From Nitrospinaceae bacterium (GTDB lineage: Bacteria; Nitrospinota; Nitrospinia; Nitrospinales; Nitrospinaceae): DNA of 64,000 nucleotides. Under the pieces are notes generated by a model. The model worked only from the letters and a program-made list of their open reading frames with translations, was not told the origin of the DNA and made no database searches. The stretch covers positions 2,720,001 through 2,784,000 of the forward strand of contig OZ250172.1 in assembly GCA_965237905.1 (NCBI GenBank). The letters run 5' to 3'. A program made the translations under genes and the position numbers. Of this stretch, positions 1-10,104 are shown one piece after another (the first letter of the stretch is position 1; each line of letters opens with the position of its first letter).

Positions 1-853
1 ATCCTTCACGGCACCGGGTAATGATTCGACTACCGGGCAGGGCCGCGAACAACAGCCTTCTTATGATGTGCCCGGACATCAACCAGCATCGGTACCCTCG
101 AAGGATCCGGTTTCTGGGTCATCCCAGACGGAGCCTGGAAGAGGAGATTGGAGCCGGGGGCTGGAGGCGTTGTACCGTCCGTCTCCCTCGGCGGACCGGA
201 TGAGAGGCGTTGAGGCGGACCCCCGGCAGATCGAAGTCTTCGGACAAAAACCCAAGCCAGTTTCAGACATGGTGTTTTCCGAGTTCGAACCGGTAGGACA
301 GTTGAACAACTCGTTTATTTTGATGCAGGGTCCGAAAGGCGTTTTGGTGGTGGACCAGCATATTGCCCACGAGCGTGTGTTGTACGAGCGGTTTCGGGAA
401 GCGGCCGAAAACAAAAAAGTGGAAGTTCAGGACCTGTTGTTTCCTTTGACGGTGGAATTTCCTCCGGCGGAGGCTCAGGCCTTGTCGGAACATCTGGAAT
501 CACTCAGGGAATTGGGGATGCATTTGGAGCCGTTCGGTAAAGATGGATTCCTGCTGCGTTCGGTGCCTGCGGTTTTGAAAAATCACGATCAGGAAAGTAT
601 TGTCAGGGAAGTGGCCGGACGGCTGATCCGGGAGGAGAAGGACCACACCCTCCAGAATAAGATGGAGGATATCATGATCATGATGTCTTGCCGCAATGCC
701 ATCAAGGTGAATCATCCTATGGAACTGGACCAGATTCGCAAACTGATGCACGATTTAGAGCAAACTCAAATGCCCTATACCTGTCCTCACGGTCGCCCCA
801 TCGCGCTGTTGTTTGAGATGAACGATATCCTTAGAAAATTCCAGAGAATTTAA
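1..853 (+). CDS. mutL: DNA mismatch repair endonuclease MutL, C-terminal part (5' end outside window)
   Basis: Frame is open from nt 2. MutL_C motifs DQHIAHERVLYE, SCRNAIK and CPHGRP are present. Confidence 0.95.
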   Translation, partial: SFTAPGNDSTTGQGREQQPSYDVPGHQPASVPSKDPVSGSSQTEPGRGDWSRGLEALYRPSPSADRMRGVEADPRQIEVFGQKPKPVSDMVFSEFEPVGQLNNSFILMQGPKGVLVVDQHIAHERVLYERFREAAENKKVEVQDLLFPLTVEFPPAEAQALSEHLESLRELGMHLEPFGKDGFLLRSVPAVLKNHDQESIVREVAGRLIREEKDHTLQNKMEDIMIMMSCRNAIKVNHPMELDQIRKLMHDLEQTQMPYTCPHGRPIALLFEMNDILRKFQRI

Positions 854-909
854 GAAACGAAGGACAGGGTTGCCCAAGTCCCTTCATCCGGCTGAAGAAG
901 AAAGGATCT

Positions 910-1467
910 TCAGCCTTTGAGGGTAATTTTTTTGATGGTCTTGGCCATTTTTTTCAGCTTGCTGGCATTCCGGCTCTTCTCGACTTTTCTCGAAACCTTT
1001 TTCTTTCCTGTGACCATGGATGCCCGGCCTTTATTCTTTTTTAAGGACCATTCCATGTCCAGCAGGCATTTGTCCTGGGATTTCAGGTTCATTTTCCGGA
1101 AATGGTTCAACAACTTTTTTTCATCCTGCGTCACCGCCACATAGTAATCCCCGCGAATACCCTTGAAGACCAGACGGCCTTCCTTGAGTGAACCGCCGAT
1201 GACGCCTAACTGGCTGATCTTTCCCGCAGGTGGATCCAGATCGGGCATTTCGAGATCGGACGGTTCCAACTTGGTGGTCAGCAGGCGGTCCAGGGAAAGA
1301 CTGCCAAGCCGTGCGAACTTGACCAGCACGGCTACCGGCGCATCCCGCTCACCGGCTTCGTAGCGGACATATGTCCGAAAGCCGATGTCAAGAACCTTGG
1401 CAATAGCCATTTGGGTGCAATTCAGACCCTTACGAATGGTTTTCATGTTTTCAGATAACGTTGTCAT
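910..1467 (-). CDS. XRE/Cro-C1 family HTH transcriptional regulator with Lys-rich C-terminus
   Basis: N-terminal LSENMKTIRKGLNCTQMAIAKVLDIGFRTYVRYEAGERDAP is an HTH_3-like pattern. Confidence 0.85.
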   Translation of the reverse strand: MTTLSENMKTIRKGLNCTQMAIAKVLDIGFRTYVRYEAGERDAPVAVLVKFARLGSLSLDRLLTTKLEPSDLEMPDLDPPAGKISQLGVIGGSLKEGRLVFKGIRGDYYVAVTQDEKKLLNHFRKMNLKSQDKCLLDMEWSLKKNKGRASMVTGKKKVSRKVEKSRNASKLKKMAKTIKKITLKG

Positions 1468-1710
1468 GCTTTATTTCGCTTTCCCCTCCCAGGTTACAAA
1501 ATAAACAGCCAAAAGGTATATTACACCAACTAATCAAAAAAAATAAAAACGATCTTTATTCTTTCAGAGAATATTTTACATAAAATAAGTCAGCCCAAAT
1601 AGGGTGATTTTTTACAAGAAAAAAAATGTCCCGCATCGATCAATGAAAAAGCTACTGAGTTAAGGGGGATCCTGCGGATTATGCAATAGAGGACATACTG
1701 AGTTAACGGT

Positions 1711-2472
1711 TCAGGCCAGTTCGATGCCATTCTTTCTTAAATATTTGTAAGCTTCTTCGATCCAGTGCTTTTCCTTTTCCAACTTGTATTCCGGAAGATC
1801 CTTCGCGGACCCGATAATACTTTTCATGTAATCGATGGCTTCCTTCTTTTTGCCTTTTCTATCCAAAAGCTGGGCGTAGTGATAATACGCTTTGAAAAAA
1901 TGAAATGAGTTGATAACAGCCTCATAAGTTTCCAAAGCCTTATCTTCCTGGCCGGAGAGCCGGTAACAATCGGCCAATCCGAAAATGGCATTGCCATAAT
2001 CGTATTTTTTGTCGATTTTGATCAGCTCTTCAAGGATTTTGGCGGCTTCAGCGGGTTGACCCATGCCATACAGGGATTTGGCCAGGCCGTAGCGGGCCTC
2101 GGTCAGTTCCGGATCTTTTTTGATGGCTTCTTCAAACTGGGTCACCGCAGGCTCATACTTTTTCTGCTCCAGATAAATTTGTCCCAGCTTTTCGTAGTGG
2201 TAGGCCTTGTGAAATTTGGTGATCAATTCCTTGAGTTGCAGGGTTTCCTCAGTTTCGATTTCGCGTGCCGGGCCTGCATTGAACAGCCTGATGGGTTGTA
2301 AAGTAGGCCCAGGTCCGCTCGCCCGGCTTCTCACCGCAAAAAAATAAGCGAATGGCCCCACCGGAAACAGCACCACAATGATTATGATCCAGATAAAATG
2401 TTCTTTCCGATTGATGCAATCCATGCTCATCCACAGCACGAATCCGGCATATGCGATCCCGAGTATTTCCAT
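1711..2472 (-). CDS. Membrane-anchored TPR protein
   Basis: Two N-terminal hydrophobic helices followed by TPR-like repeats. Overlaps the panD stop, so likely the same operon. Confidence 0.8.
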   Translation of the reverse strand: MEILGIAYAGFVLWMSMDCINRKEHFIWIIIIVVLFPVGPFAYFFAVRSRASGPGPTLQPIRLFNAGPAREIETEETLQLKELITKFHKAYHYEKLGQIYLEQKKYEPAVTQFEEAIKKDPELTEARYGLAKSLYGMGQPAEAAKILEELIKIDKKYDYGNAIFGLADCYRLSGQEDKALETYEAVINSFHFFKAYYHYAQLLDRKGKKKEAIDYMKSIIGSAKDLPEYKLEKEKHWIEEAYKYLRKNGIELA

Positions 2473-2861
2473 TATGATAATGCTTGTGAGGTGAAGGCCA
2501 AAGCTCCCTGCCGCTCGATGACTTTGTTGCTTTCGTCCAGCAGGAGGACTCGAGGCTGATAATTTTCAACTTTGTCTATGTTTATCATACCATAAGCCAC
2601 GATAATGATGCGATCCTTTCTCTCCACCAGGCGGGCCGCGGCTCCGTTGACGGAGATCATCCCGCTCCCGCGTGTGCCGGGTATAACATAAGTAATCAGC
2701 CGGTTGCCGTTATTGATGTCATAAATATGCACTTGCTCGTAAGACGAAATCCCGACCTCCTCCATCAGGGCCTCATCGATTTGAATACTGCCTTCATATT
2801 CAATATCCCGGTCCGTTACCGTAGCCCGGTGCAATTTGGATGTCAGCATGATTTTTTGCAT
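2472..2861 (-). CDS. panD: Aspartate 1-decarboxylase
   Basis: SKLHRATVT, YEGSIQID (G/S autocleavage site) and NGAAAR motifs. Confidence 0.97.
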   Translation of the reverse strand: MQKIMLTSKLHRATVTDRDIEYEGSIQIDEALMEEVGISSYEQVHIYDINNGNRLITYVIPGTRGSGMISVNGAAARLVERKDRIIIVAYGMINIDKVENYQPRVLLLDESNKVIERQGALAFTSQALS

Positions 2862-3709
2862 CAGATTCTCTCGATTAAACAGTTGTCAATAAGCCGGGCT
2901 TTCCCGACATGAACGGCCAGGGCAATCATTGCTTTCCCTTGGATCTCCTCCAATTCCTCAAAGCGTTCCGGATCACATACCGAAATGTAATCCACCTGTG
3001 CCTGGCCTTCCTGTTCGATAATATTCCGCATTCGCGAGCGAATGGTTGCTACAGAAGATTCCCCTTGCGCGACCAGTTGCTGGGCCTGCTGTAACGCCTG
3101 GTGAAGCGATTGTGCGGTTTTCCGCTCGGCCTTTCCCAGATATTGGTTGCGTGAGCTCATGGCCAACCCGTCCGGTTCCCGAATGATCGGCAGGCCGACA
3201 ATCTCAATATCCAGATTGAGGTCGTCCACCATTTTCCGGATCACCTCCAGTTGTTGGCGGTCTTTCTCGCCGAAAAATGCCGAATGGGGCTGGATAATAT
3301 TAAACAATTTCAACACGAGGGTCGTCACTCCGCGAAAGAGTTCCCGACGGCTTTTGCCGCACAGCTTATCGGTAATCTCCTCAACATGGACATACGTCTG
3401 AAATCCCTCCGGGGACATGTCATCCGCAGTGGGAAGGAACAGGGCATCCACGCCCAATGGCTCCAATTCGCGCCGGTCGGCTTCCAGATCACGCGGGTAC
3501 GTGTCCAGATCTTCGTGGGGGCCGAACTGTTTGGGGTTTACGAAGATGCTGACGACAGTGCGATCGCAGGCACTTATGGATTTACGGGCCAGACTCAAAT
3601 GTCCCGCGTGCAGGTATCCCATGGTGGGCACCAACCCGAGGGTTTGCCCGTCCTCCCGCACCTTCCGCGACCAGGCTTTCATCTCATCAAGAGTCTTTAA
3701 AATTTTCAT
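2861..3709 (-). CDS. panC: Pantoate-beta-alanine ligase
   Basis: VPTMGYLHAGH, SIFVNPKQF, FGEKD, LAMSSRN and RLIDN motifs. Confidence 0.97.
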   Translation of the reverse strand: MKILKTLDEMKAWSRKVREDGQTLGLVPTMGYLHAGHLSLARKSISACDRTVVSIFVNPKQFGPHEDLDTYPRDLEADRRELEPLGVDALFLPTADDMSPEGFQTYVHVEEITDKLCGKSRRELFRGVTTLVLKLFNIIQPHSAFFGEKDRQQLEVIRKMVDDLNLDIEIVGLPIIREPDGLAMSSRNQYLGKAERKTAQSLHQALQQAQQLVAQGESSVATIRSRMRNIIEQEGQAQVDYISVCDPERFEELEEIQGKAMIALAVHVGKARLIDNCLIERI

Positions 3710-3730
3710 GATCCGTTTCCAAAAATCAAC

Positions 3731-4579
3731 TTATCGGGAGTCGTTGCCGACGCTTCGCAGTTTTTCTTTTTCCAGGTGATACGAGTGGGCTTTGTCCGGA
3801 AACGCGCCGGACCGGACCTCGTCGACATAACCCTGCACCGCCGATTGGATCGCCGCTCCCACTTCACTATATTTTTTGACAAACTTGGGGGCAAAATCGA
3901 GGTTCATCCCCAGCATGTCCTGAGTGACCAGAATCTGCCCATCGCAGTGCGACCCGGCACCGATACCGATGGTCGGAATCTCCAGCTCGGTGGTGATTTC
4001 CGCCGCCAGCTCCATCGGCATGCCTTCCAGCACCAGCGCAAAGACCCCGGCTTTTTGTAAATCCAGGGCGTCTTTTCTGATTTGCCGGGCATCGAGATAA
4101 TTTTTGCCTTGCACCCGGTATCCGCCGAATTGATGCACCGACTGGGGAGTCAACCCGACATGGCCCATGACGGAAATACCGGCCTGGACCACGGCGCAAA
4201 CCTTGTCGAGTATACGGGAACCGCCCTCCATCTTCACCGCTTCGGCGCCGCCTTCCTGAATGAACCGGCCGGCGTTCTTGATCGTTTCCGCCTCCGAAAC
4301 GTGGTAGGACATGAACGGCATATCTCCCACCAGAAGCGCAGTGTGTACACCGCGACGGACGCCACGGGTATGGAAAATCATTTCGTCCATGGTCACGGGC
4401 AGGGTGTTTTCATACCCCATCGAAACCATGCCCGCCGAGTCGCCCACCAGAATGACATCAATGCCTGATTCATCCAACAACCGGGCGAACGTGTAATCGT
4501 AAGCGGTCAGCGCGGAAATTTTTCGTTGGTTTTTTTTCCATTCCATCAATTGGGGAATGGTGACTCGTTTTCGGTCCAT
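3731..4579 (-). CDS. panB: 3-methyl-2-oxobutanoate hydroxymethyltransferase
   Basis: LTAYD, LVGDS, DMPFMSY, GHVGLTPQ and IGIGAG motifs. Start set at ATG 4579 (MDRKRVT); the longer ORF runs through the leader RNA. Confidence 0.96.
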   Translation of the reverse strand: MDRKRVTIPQLMEWKKNQRKISALTAYDYTFARLLDESGIDVILVGDSAGMVSMGYENTLPVTMDEMIFHTRGVRRGVHTALLVGDMPFMSYHVSEAETIKNAGRFIQEGGAEAVKMEGGSRILDKVCAVVQAGISVMGHVGLTPQSVHQFGGYRVQGKNYLDARQIRKDALDLQKAGVFALVLEGMPMELAAEITTELEIPTIGIGAGSHCDGQILVTQDMLGMNLDFAPKFVKKYSEVGAAIQSAVQGYVDEVRSGAFPDKAHSYHLEKEKLRSVGNDSR

Positions 4580-4669
4580 AATCCGGTCTCGAAAAATGGC
4601 TTGGATAGTTGGCCGGGAAAAAAGGGCCGGGCCGGACAAGGGAAGGGGGATTTTAAAGCAGTCGCAATT

Positions 4670-4701
4670 AAAAAAGCCCGCCGGTTGAGATGCCGGTGGG
4701 C
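4670..4701 (-). terminator. Intrinsic terminator (attenuator) in the panB leader
   Basis: Minus strand reads GCCCACCGG-CATCTCAA-CCGGCGGGC-TTTTTT. Confidence 0.8.
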
Positions 4702-4803
4702 ACGGAGGTCGGTCATAAAACAAATCAGGTGAAAGCGTAAACTGGATTGGAAGCCTGTTAGCGGTCTTCCTTCCGAGCTCCCCCAAATTCGTACTATGCA
4801 ACT

Positions 4804-4832
4804 CCGTCCCGGTCTTGTCAGGATCCAAGCGG
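4804..4832 (-). ncRNA. pan RNA motif-like hairpin (cis-regulatory)
   Basis: Minus strand reads CCG-CUUGG-A-UC-(CUGACAA)-GA-CCGGG-A-CGG, a stem with two bulged As, directly upstream of panBCD as described for the pan motif. Confidence 0.7.
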
Positions 4833-5471
4833 ATTGTAATATTCTCGCCCTATTCTATGATGATTAATCTTGTTAATCAACTCTTTGAAGTTATATTTTT
4901 CACCCGCCAGGTCGATTTCGTTGGTATTGATGACCAGGAGGGGGGTTTCGGAGTAATAAAAGAAGAAGTTATTGAAGGCGCGGTTGACGTCCTCCAGATA
5001 CTGATATTCCATATTCTGCTCGAACCGCCGACCCCGTTTTTCCACCCGGTCGTGCAGAACGGAGGTCTCAGCCTGCAGAAATATCACCAAATCCGGTCTG
5101 GGAATCTTGATTTTGATCAGGTTGAACAGCTGTTCGTACAGATGCAGTTCGTGGCCCTCAAGATTCAGCCCCGCAAAAATCCGGTCACGATGGAACAGGT
5201 AGTCGGAGATCACCACACTGCTGAATAAATCCCGCTGGGCGAGGTCCAGATACTGGTGGTACCGGTTCAGCAAAAAAAAAACCTGGGTCTGGAAGGCATA
5301 GGTGGACCGGTCTTCGTAAAACTTGTCCATGAACGGGTTGTCCTCGTCCACCTCGAGGACCAGGCGGGCATCGTATTCCCGGGCCAACTTGTGAGCCAGA
5401 GTGGTCTTTCCGGCCCCGATGGACCCTTCAATGGCGATGAATCTCGGTTCGTGCATAAGGGGGTGATTCAA
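4818..5471 (-). CDS. Deoxynucleoside kinase (dNK/dgk family)
   Basis: P-loop IAIEGSIGAGKTTLA, plus AFQTQVFFL and PDLVIFL. Confidence 0.92.
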   Translation of the reverse strand: MNHPLMHEPRFIAIEGSIGAGKTTLAHKLAREYDARLVLEVDEDNPFMDKFYEDRSTYAFQTQVFFLLNRYHQYLDLAQRDLFSSVVISDYLFHRDRIFAGLNLEGHELHLYEQLFNLIKIKIPRPDLVIFLQAETSVLHDRVEKRGRRFEQNMEYQYLEDVNRAFNNFFFYYSETPLLVINTNEIDLAGEKYNFKELINKINHHRIGREYYNPLGS

Positions 5472-5534
5472 GTGAGTTAATGGGTCCGGATTCTCATTTC
5501 AGAGAACCCGAGGATTGGCCTCAAGCCGATGGCT

Positions 5535-5888
5535 TCAATTGCTGAGAATTTCCTTGATGGCCATTTTTAATTCCCGGAGGTCCGCTGATTTGACCACATA
5601 GGCTTCCGAGGCCCAGAGTTTGAACTCCTGTTTGTACGCGCCATAAGCCGAACACAAAATGACCGGAATGTCTTTTTGGTTTTCCTTGAGTATCTTCAGA
5701 AAATCGAAGCCGCTCATGCCCGGCAGTTTGACATCCAGGGTGATCAAATCCGGCGGGTTCTCTTCTACTATCTGGAGAGCCTCCTCTGCGTTTCCGGCCA
5801 GCGAAACTTCGTAACCGGCATCCCGCAACTCCTCTTGGTACAGCAGGCGAATATTATCTTCGTCATCCACAACCAGAATTTTCTTCAA
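5535..5888 (-). CDS. Single-domain response regulator (receiver)
   Basis: ILVVDDE, PDLITLDVKLPGMSG and conserved K; GGAGG RBS before a TTG start. Confidence 0.92.
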   Translation of the reverse strand: MKKILVVDDEDNIRLLYQEELRDAGYEVSLAGNAEEALQIVEENPPDLITLDVKLPGMSGFDFLKILKENQKDIPVILCSAYGAYKQEFKLWASEAYVVKSADLRELKMAIKEILSN

Positions 5889-6117
5889 AACCGCCTCCTA
5901 TCCCTGTGCAGGGCAACTCCCGGACACTGTAAGAAAGATCCCGGATGCTGGTGCCCACATTAAAACCTCAATGGGCGAAAATCACTTTACCATCTCGCCA
6001 TAACGCTCCAGCCTATTGGCCCTGCGCCGAGCAGCGATGAACCCCTAGTTTTTATTATAATCAGGGAGGTTTTGCAACGGTAAATACCCGCCCGCTCCGG
6101 GTTTGAAAACAGCCTTG

Positions 6118-7581
6118 TTATTTTTTATTAAGAGCCCGGCGATACAGGCGAACATACTCCTTTGCCGCCTTATCCCAGCTGAAATCCTGCTTCATCCCGT
6201 TCAACATCAGGCTCCGCCAGACTTTTTTCTTGGGATATAAGGCCAATGCCTTTTGCAACAGAAGGACCCATTCGTCGGCCTCTTTAGGTTTGAACAGAAA
6301 ACCGGTGCCCTTGTTTTTTCCGGATTGAAAGGCCTTGACCGTATCCGCCAGACCCCCGACCCGGCGCACCACCGGCACTGTCCCGTAGCGGAGGGCATAC
6401 ATCTGGGTCAGGCCGCAGGGTTCGTACAGCGAGGGCATTAATAACAAATCGCTTCCTGCGATGATTTGATGCGCCAGCTTTTCGTCGAATCCCTGTATAT
6501 AACGGAACCGCTCCGGATAAATTTGGTTCTGCTCATTAAGAAATGTTTCGTAACGGTCATCGCCCGATGCCAGGATCACCAGGGCGGCGTCTTGTACCAT
6601 GAGTTCCGCGAAACTCTGAACCAGCAGGTCGATTCCTTTCTGCGGCGTCAGGCGAGTCACCATGCAGAGCAAAGGCGTTTGTTCCGTCAGCTTGAGGGGC
6701 AGTTTTCGCGCCAGACTTTTTTTGCACTCCTGTTTTCCCTTGAGCGATTTGGGACTGTACCGGGTTTTAATGTTGGAATCTGTTTTCGGATCCCATTCCC
6801 CATAGTCGGCTCCATTTAAAATACCGGATAGCTTACTCCGGTAGTGGTTCAACACGCCGTCCATATGAAACCCGTTTTCAGGGGTCAGGATTTCTTTGCT
6901 GTAAGTTTTGCTGACGGTCGTCAGTCTGTCCGCGTAAACCAGCCCTGCTTTCAGGAAGCTGAAAAAACCGTAAAACTCGATGCCTTCCGGTGAGAACACT
7001 TTCCAGGGCAGATGCGCCAGGGGTAAATACATTGCGTCAAAGTTTCCCTGGTAGCCCAGGTTATGAATGGAAAAAACCGAGCGGGTGTTTTTAAAAAACG
7101 GATCGCCGGCGAAAGTGGTTTTCAGGTAACAGGGGATCAAGCCAGTTTGCCAGTCGTTGCAATGGATAATGTCCGGTTGAAAGTTGAGGGCTTTACAGGT
7201 TTCCAGTATCGCCCGGTCAAAGAAAATAAAACGCTCTGCGTTGTCGGGAAATTCACCCTCTTCATCCCCGTAGAATCCCTCCCGATCAAAATAGTCGTCT
7301 TGTCCGACAAAATAGACGGGCACCGTGCGATTCAGCCGGCCTTCATGCAATTCGCCGGATTTCACTTTCGGCCCGATAGGAACGGTAACCGTCAACTTCA
7401 TCGGTTTGATGGAACGATTGGCTTGTTCCACACACCGGTATTTTGGGAGCATCACCCGGACATCATGGCCCTGTTGTTTCAGCGCAAGAGGCAGGGCACT
7501 CGACACGTCTCCCAGACCGCCGGTTTTAGCGAACGGGTATACCTCAGGAGAAGCAAACAGTATGTTTAAAGGACGAGCCAT
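6118..7581 (-). CDS. glgA: Glycogen synthase
   Basis: KTGGLGDV, HCNDWQT, IHNLGYQG and EPCGLTQM motifs. Confidence 0.96.
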   Translation of the reverse strand: MARPLNILFASPEVYPFAKTGGLGDVSSALPLALKQQGHDVRVMLPKYRCVEQANRSIKPMKLTVTVPIGPKVKSGELHEGRLNRTVPVYFVGQDDYFDREGFYGDEEGEFPDNAERFIFFDRAILETCKALNFQPDIIHCNDWQTGLIPCYLKTTFAGDPFFKNTRSVFSIHNLGYQGNFDAMYLPLAHLPWKVFSPEGIEFYGFFSFLKAGLVYADRLTTVSKTYSKEILTPENGFHMDGVLNHYRSKLSGILNGADYGEWDPKTDSNIKTRYSPKSLKGKQECKKSLARKLPLKLTEQTPLLCMVTRLTPQKGIDLLVQSFAELMVQDAALVILASGDDRYETFLNEQNQIYPERFRYIQGFDEKLAHQIIAGSDLLLMPSLYEPCGLTQMYALRYGTVPVVRRVGGLADTVKAFQSGKNKGTGFLFKPKEADEWVLLLQKALALYPKKKVWRSLMLNGMKQDFSWDKAAKEYVRLYRRALNKK

Positions 7582-7864
7582 TTTTGGGCTGGGGCGAAAC
7601 GGTGGACTTCATTCTGTGCCGTTTCGTGCGATCAAAGTTTGAGGTGAAAACCGGTTCATCCCAGACTCTATGATACAGTGGTCCGGGATGAGCAGGAATT
7701 CCAGATTGCAGATACTAAGGAATGGTTGCCCAAATGTCAATTTAAGCGGTATATAATCCTGACGGACATGATTAAAAACCGTTGATCCGGGTCAGTTCCG
7801 AATCTATAATTGGAATCGAATAGACCATTTAAAACATCAGGTTTCTGAAGAGGCTTTTTGAGAT

Positions 7865-9076
7865 ATGACCCACCCTTTGGAAGGAAAAAAGGTTGTGCTC
7901 GGCGTGTCCGGCGGCATCGCGGCTTACAAGGCGGTGGAGCTTTCGCGTCTGCTGGTGAAAGAGGGCGCACAGGTGTATGTGGTGATGACAGAGAATGCAA
8001 AACAGTTCGTCACTCCGCTCACCTTTGAAGCGCTGTCGGGCCATCCGGTGTACCACGAAATATTCGGGAGCGAGGCTTCCGCCTCGATGGAGCACATCCG
8101 TGCGGCGGAGAATGCCGATCTAATGATCGTCGCACCCGCTACCGCCAATTCCCTTGGAAAAATGGCGCATGGCCTGGCGGACGATCCGTTGTCGACCCTG
8201 TTCTCGGCGTTTGCCGGTCCGGTTCTGGTCGCCCCGGCGATGAACGACAAGATGTGGGACAATCCCGCCGTTCAGGAAAATATTCGCACCCTCAGGAAGC
8301 GCGGAGTGGGAATCGTCGATCCGGAAGCGGGAGAATTGGCTTGCGGCACGGTGGGGCTGGGCCGACTCGCGGAACCGGAGCGCCTGTTTGAAGCGGTCCG
8401 CAAATGCCTGCTCCGCCAAAGCGATCTGGCGGGTCTGCGTGTTTTAGTAACCGCTGGGCCGACCCAGGAGCCGCTCGATCCGGTGCGCTTCATCACCAAC
8501 CGGTCCTCGGGAAAAATGGGATACGCTATCGCCCGCCAGGCACGGAGCCGTGGCGCGGAAGTGACGCTTGTCAGCGGACCGACTCATCTGGAGCCACCTT
8601 TCGGAGTGACCCTGTTGAATTGTCAGAGGACCGGGGAGATGGCTGGCTTGGTTCTCGATCATCTGCCGCAGTGTGACGTGTTGATCATGACTGCCGCCGT
8701 GGGTGATTTCGCGCCGGAGTCCGTCCAAAAGGAAAAAATCAAAAAGAGTGGAGAGGAGCCTCTCATCCTTAACCTTCACCCCACCCAGGATATTTTGAAA
8801 GAGGTGGCGGAAAAGAAATCCAAGCAGTTGATTGTCGGGTTTGCCGCAGAAAGCGAAAATATTGTGCAGAGCGCCACCGAAAAACTGCAACGCAAACAGC
8901 TCGATTTGATCGTCGCCAACGACATCAGCGCACCGGGCATAGGATTTCAATCCGATAATAACCAGGTGGTCCTCATCGACCGCAACGCCAAGGTCGAATC
9001 GCTTCCGCTTCTTACCAAAACGGAAATCGCCGATATTCTACTCGACCGCATCCTCGGGCAACTCAACGAACGATAG
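7865..9076 (+). CDS. coaBC: Bifunctional phosphopantothenoylcysteine decarboxylase/synthetase
   Basis: GGIAAYK, PATAN, PAMN, TAGPTQEPLDPVRFITNRSSGKMG and GFAAE motifs. Confidence 0.97.
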   Translation: MTHPLEGKKVVLGVSGGIAAYKAVELSRLLVKEGAQVYVVMTENAKQFVTPLTFEALSGHPVYHEIFGSEASASMEHIRAAENADLMIVAPATANSLGKMAHGLADDPLSTLFSAFAGPVLVAPAMNDKMWDNPAVQENIRTLRKRGVGIVDPEAGELACGTVGLGRLAEPERLFEAVRKCLLRQSDLAGLRVLVTAGPTQEPLDPVRFITNRSSGKMGYAIARQARSRGAEVTLVSGPTHLEPPFGVTLLNCQRTGEMAGLVLDHLPQCDVLIMTAAVGDFAPESVQKEKIKKSGEEPLILNLHPTQDILKEVAEKKSKQLIVGFAAESENIVQSATEKLQRKQLDLIVANDISAPGIGFQSDNNQVVLIDRNAKVESLPLLTKTEIADILLDRILGQLNER

Positions 9077-9087
9077 ATATTTTCGGA

Positions 9088-9933
9088 TTATTTTTTGGAA
9101 GGTTTGAGAGCATCGGCCGCACACCGGAAGCCGACGGTCTTGCTTCGCGCTTTCGGGACCGTTGCGTTGCGGTAGGGGAGACGGACATCTTCGGCGTTGT
9201 TTTTCCAGTTTCCACCGCGAATGACTTTATAGTGGCCCTTTTCCGGTCCGGGCGGGTTTTCCTTGGGCGAGAACAGATAATATTCTGGAAAGTGCCAGTC
9301 CTTAACCCATTCGGAAGCATTGCCGGATAAATCGAATATACCGTAGTCCGATTTCCCTGTTGGGTAGGATCCTACCGGAGAGGTTTTACCGACGTAGTTG
9401 TTGAAATTGAGCCGGGTTTTGTCCGGTTCCTCGTTTCCCCAGGGATACTTGACCGGACGTTTGCCGCGTGCGGCCTTTTCCCATTCCGCTTCCGTAGGCA
9501 GACGTTTGTTTTTCCACTGGCAGAAAGCCCGTGCTTCTTTCCAGGTGATCCCCACTACCGGTTGAGTGGGCTGATTGAAGTTGGAGTCTTCCCAGTAACG
9601 CGGTAGTGTTGTCGTACGGGTCACTTCTAAATATTTTTTATATTCCGCGTTAGCCACTTCATAAAGGTCTATGTAATAGGCGTCGAGTATCACCTCGTGA
9701 GCGGGGTCTTCCGGTCCCAGCATATGCCGGTCCGCCTGAAAAATGGAAACCGGGTCCAGCTCCCTCAACGATTTCCGGCTCCCCATCTCAAAAGAGCCTT
9801 GTGGAATGAGAACCATTCCTGAATAAGAGGGGGGGGCTACTTTTTTTTGAGGGGTTCCCCAGGCTCCACTTGCCAGAGCAAGTGACAGGATCGTGGATAA
9901 CATGATGATTCTAAAAATCATAAGCCGTAACAA
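9088..9933 (-). CDS. Secreted formylglycine-generating enzyme (SUMF1/FGE-sulfatase) domain protein
   Basis: Signal peptide; RLPTEAEWEKAARG, GNASEW, RGGNW and GFRC motifs. Exact start uncertain. Confidence 0.88.
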   Translation of the reverse strand: MLRLMIFRIIMLSTILSLALASGAWGTPQKKVAPPSYSGMVLIPQGSFEMGSRKSLRELDPVSIFQADRHMLGPEDPAHEVILDAYYIDLYEVANAEYKKYLEVTRTTTLPRYWEDSNFNQPTQPVVGITWKEARAFCQWKNKRLPTEAEWEKAARGKRPVKYPWGNEEPDKTRLNFNNYVGKTSPVGSYPTGKSDYGIFDLSGNASEWVKDWHFPEYYLFSPKENPPGPEKGHYKVIRGGNWKNNAEDVRLPYRNATVPKARSKTVGFRCAADALKPSKK

Positions 9934-9992
9934 TTTGATTACACTAACCTAAATGGTTAACCGATGGATAAAAGTTCTCAAGAGGTTGTACG

Positions 9993-10021
9993 TTGACAGC
10001 CTAAGTTAATCATAATAGAAT
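9993..10021 (+). promoter_or_regulatory. Sigma70-type promoter
   Basis: TTGACA-17 nt-TAGAAT upstream of the ORF at 10105. Confidence 0.6.
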
Positions 10022-10104
10022 TTCAATATACATCTTAATTTGTTTTTTCAGCAGACCCTGGCCTGCACCGCACGCGCCAAGGCATTGTTTAAGGTCGATT
10101 CAAT

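Noticed and set aside
4580..4828. 83-aa N-terminal extension of PanB in the ORF track
   Set aside because: It runs through the leader hairpin and terminator; homology starts at MDRKRVT.
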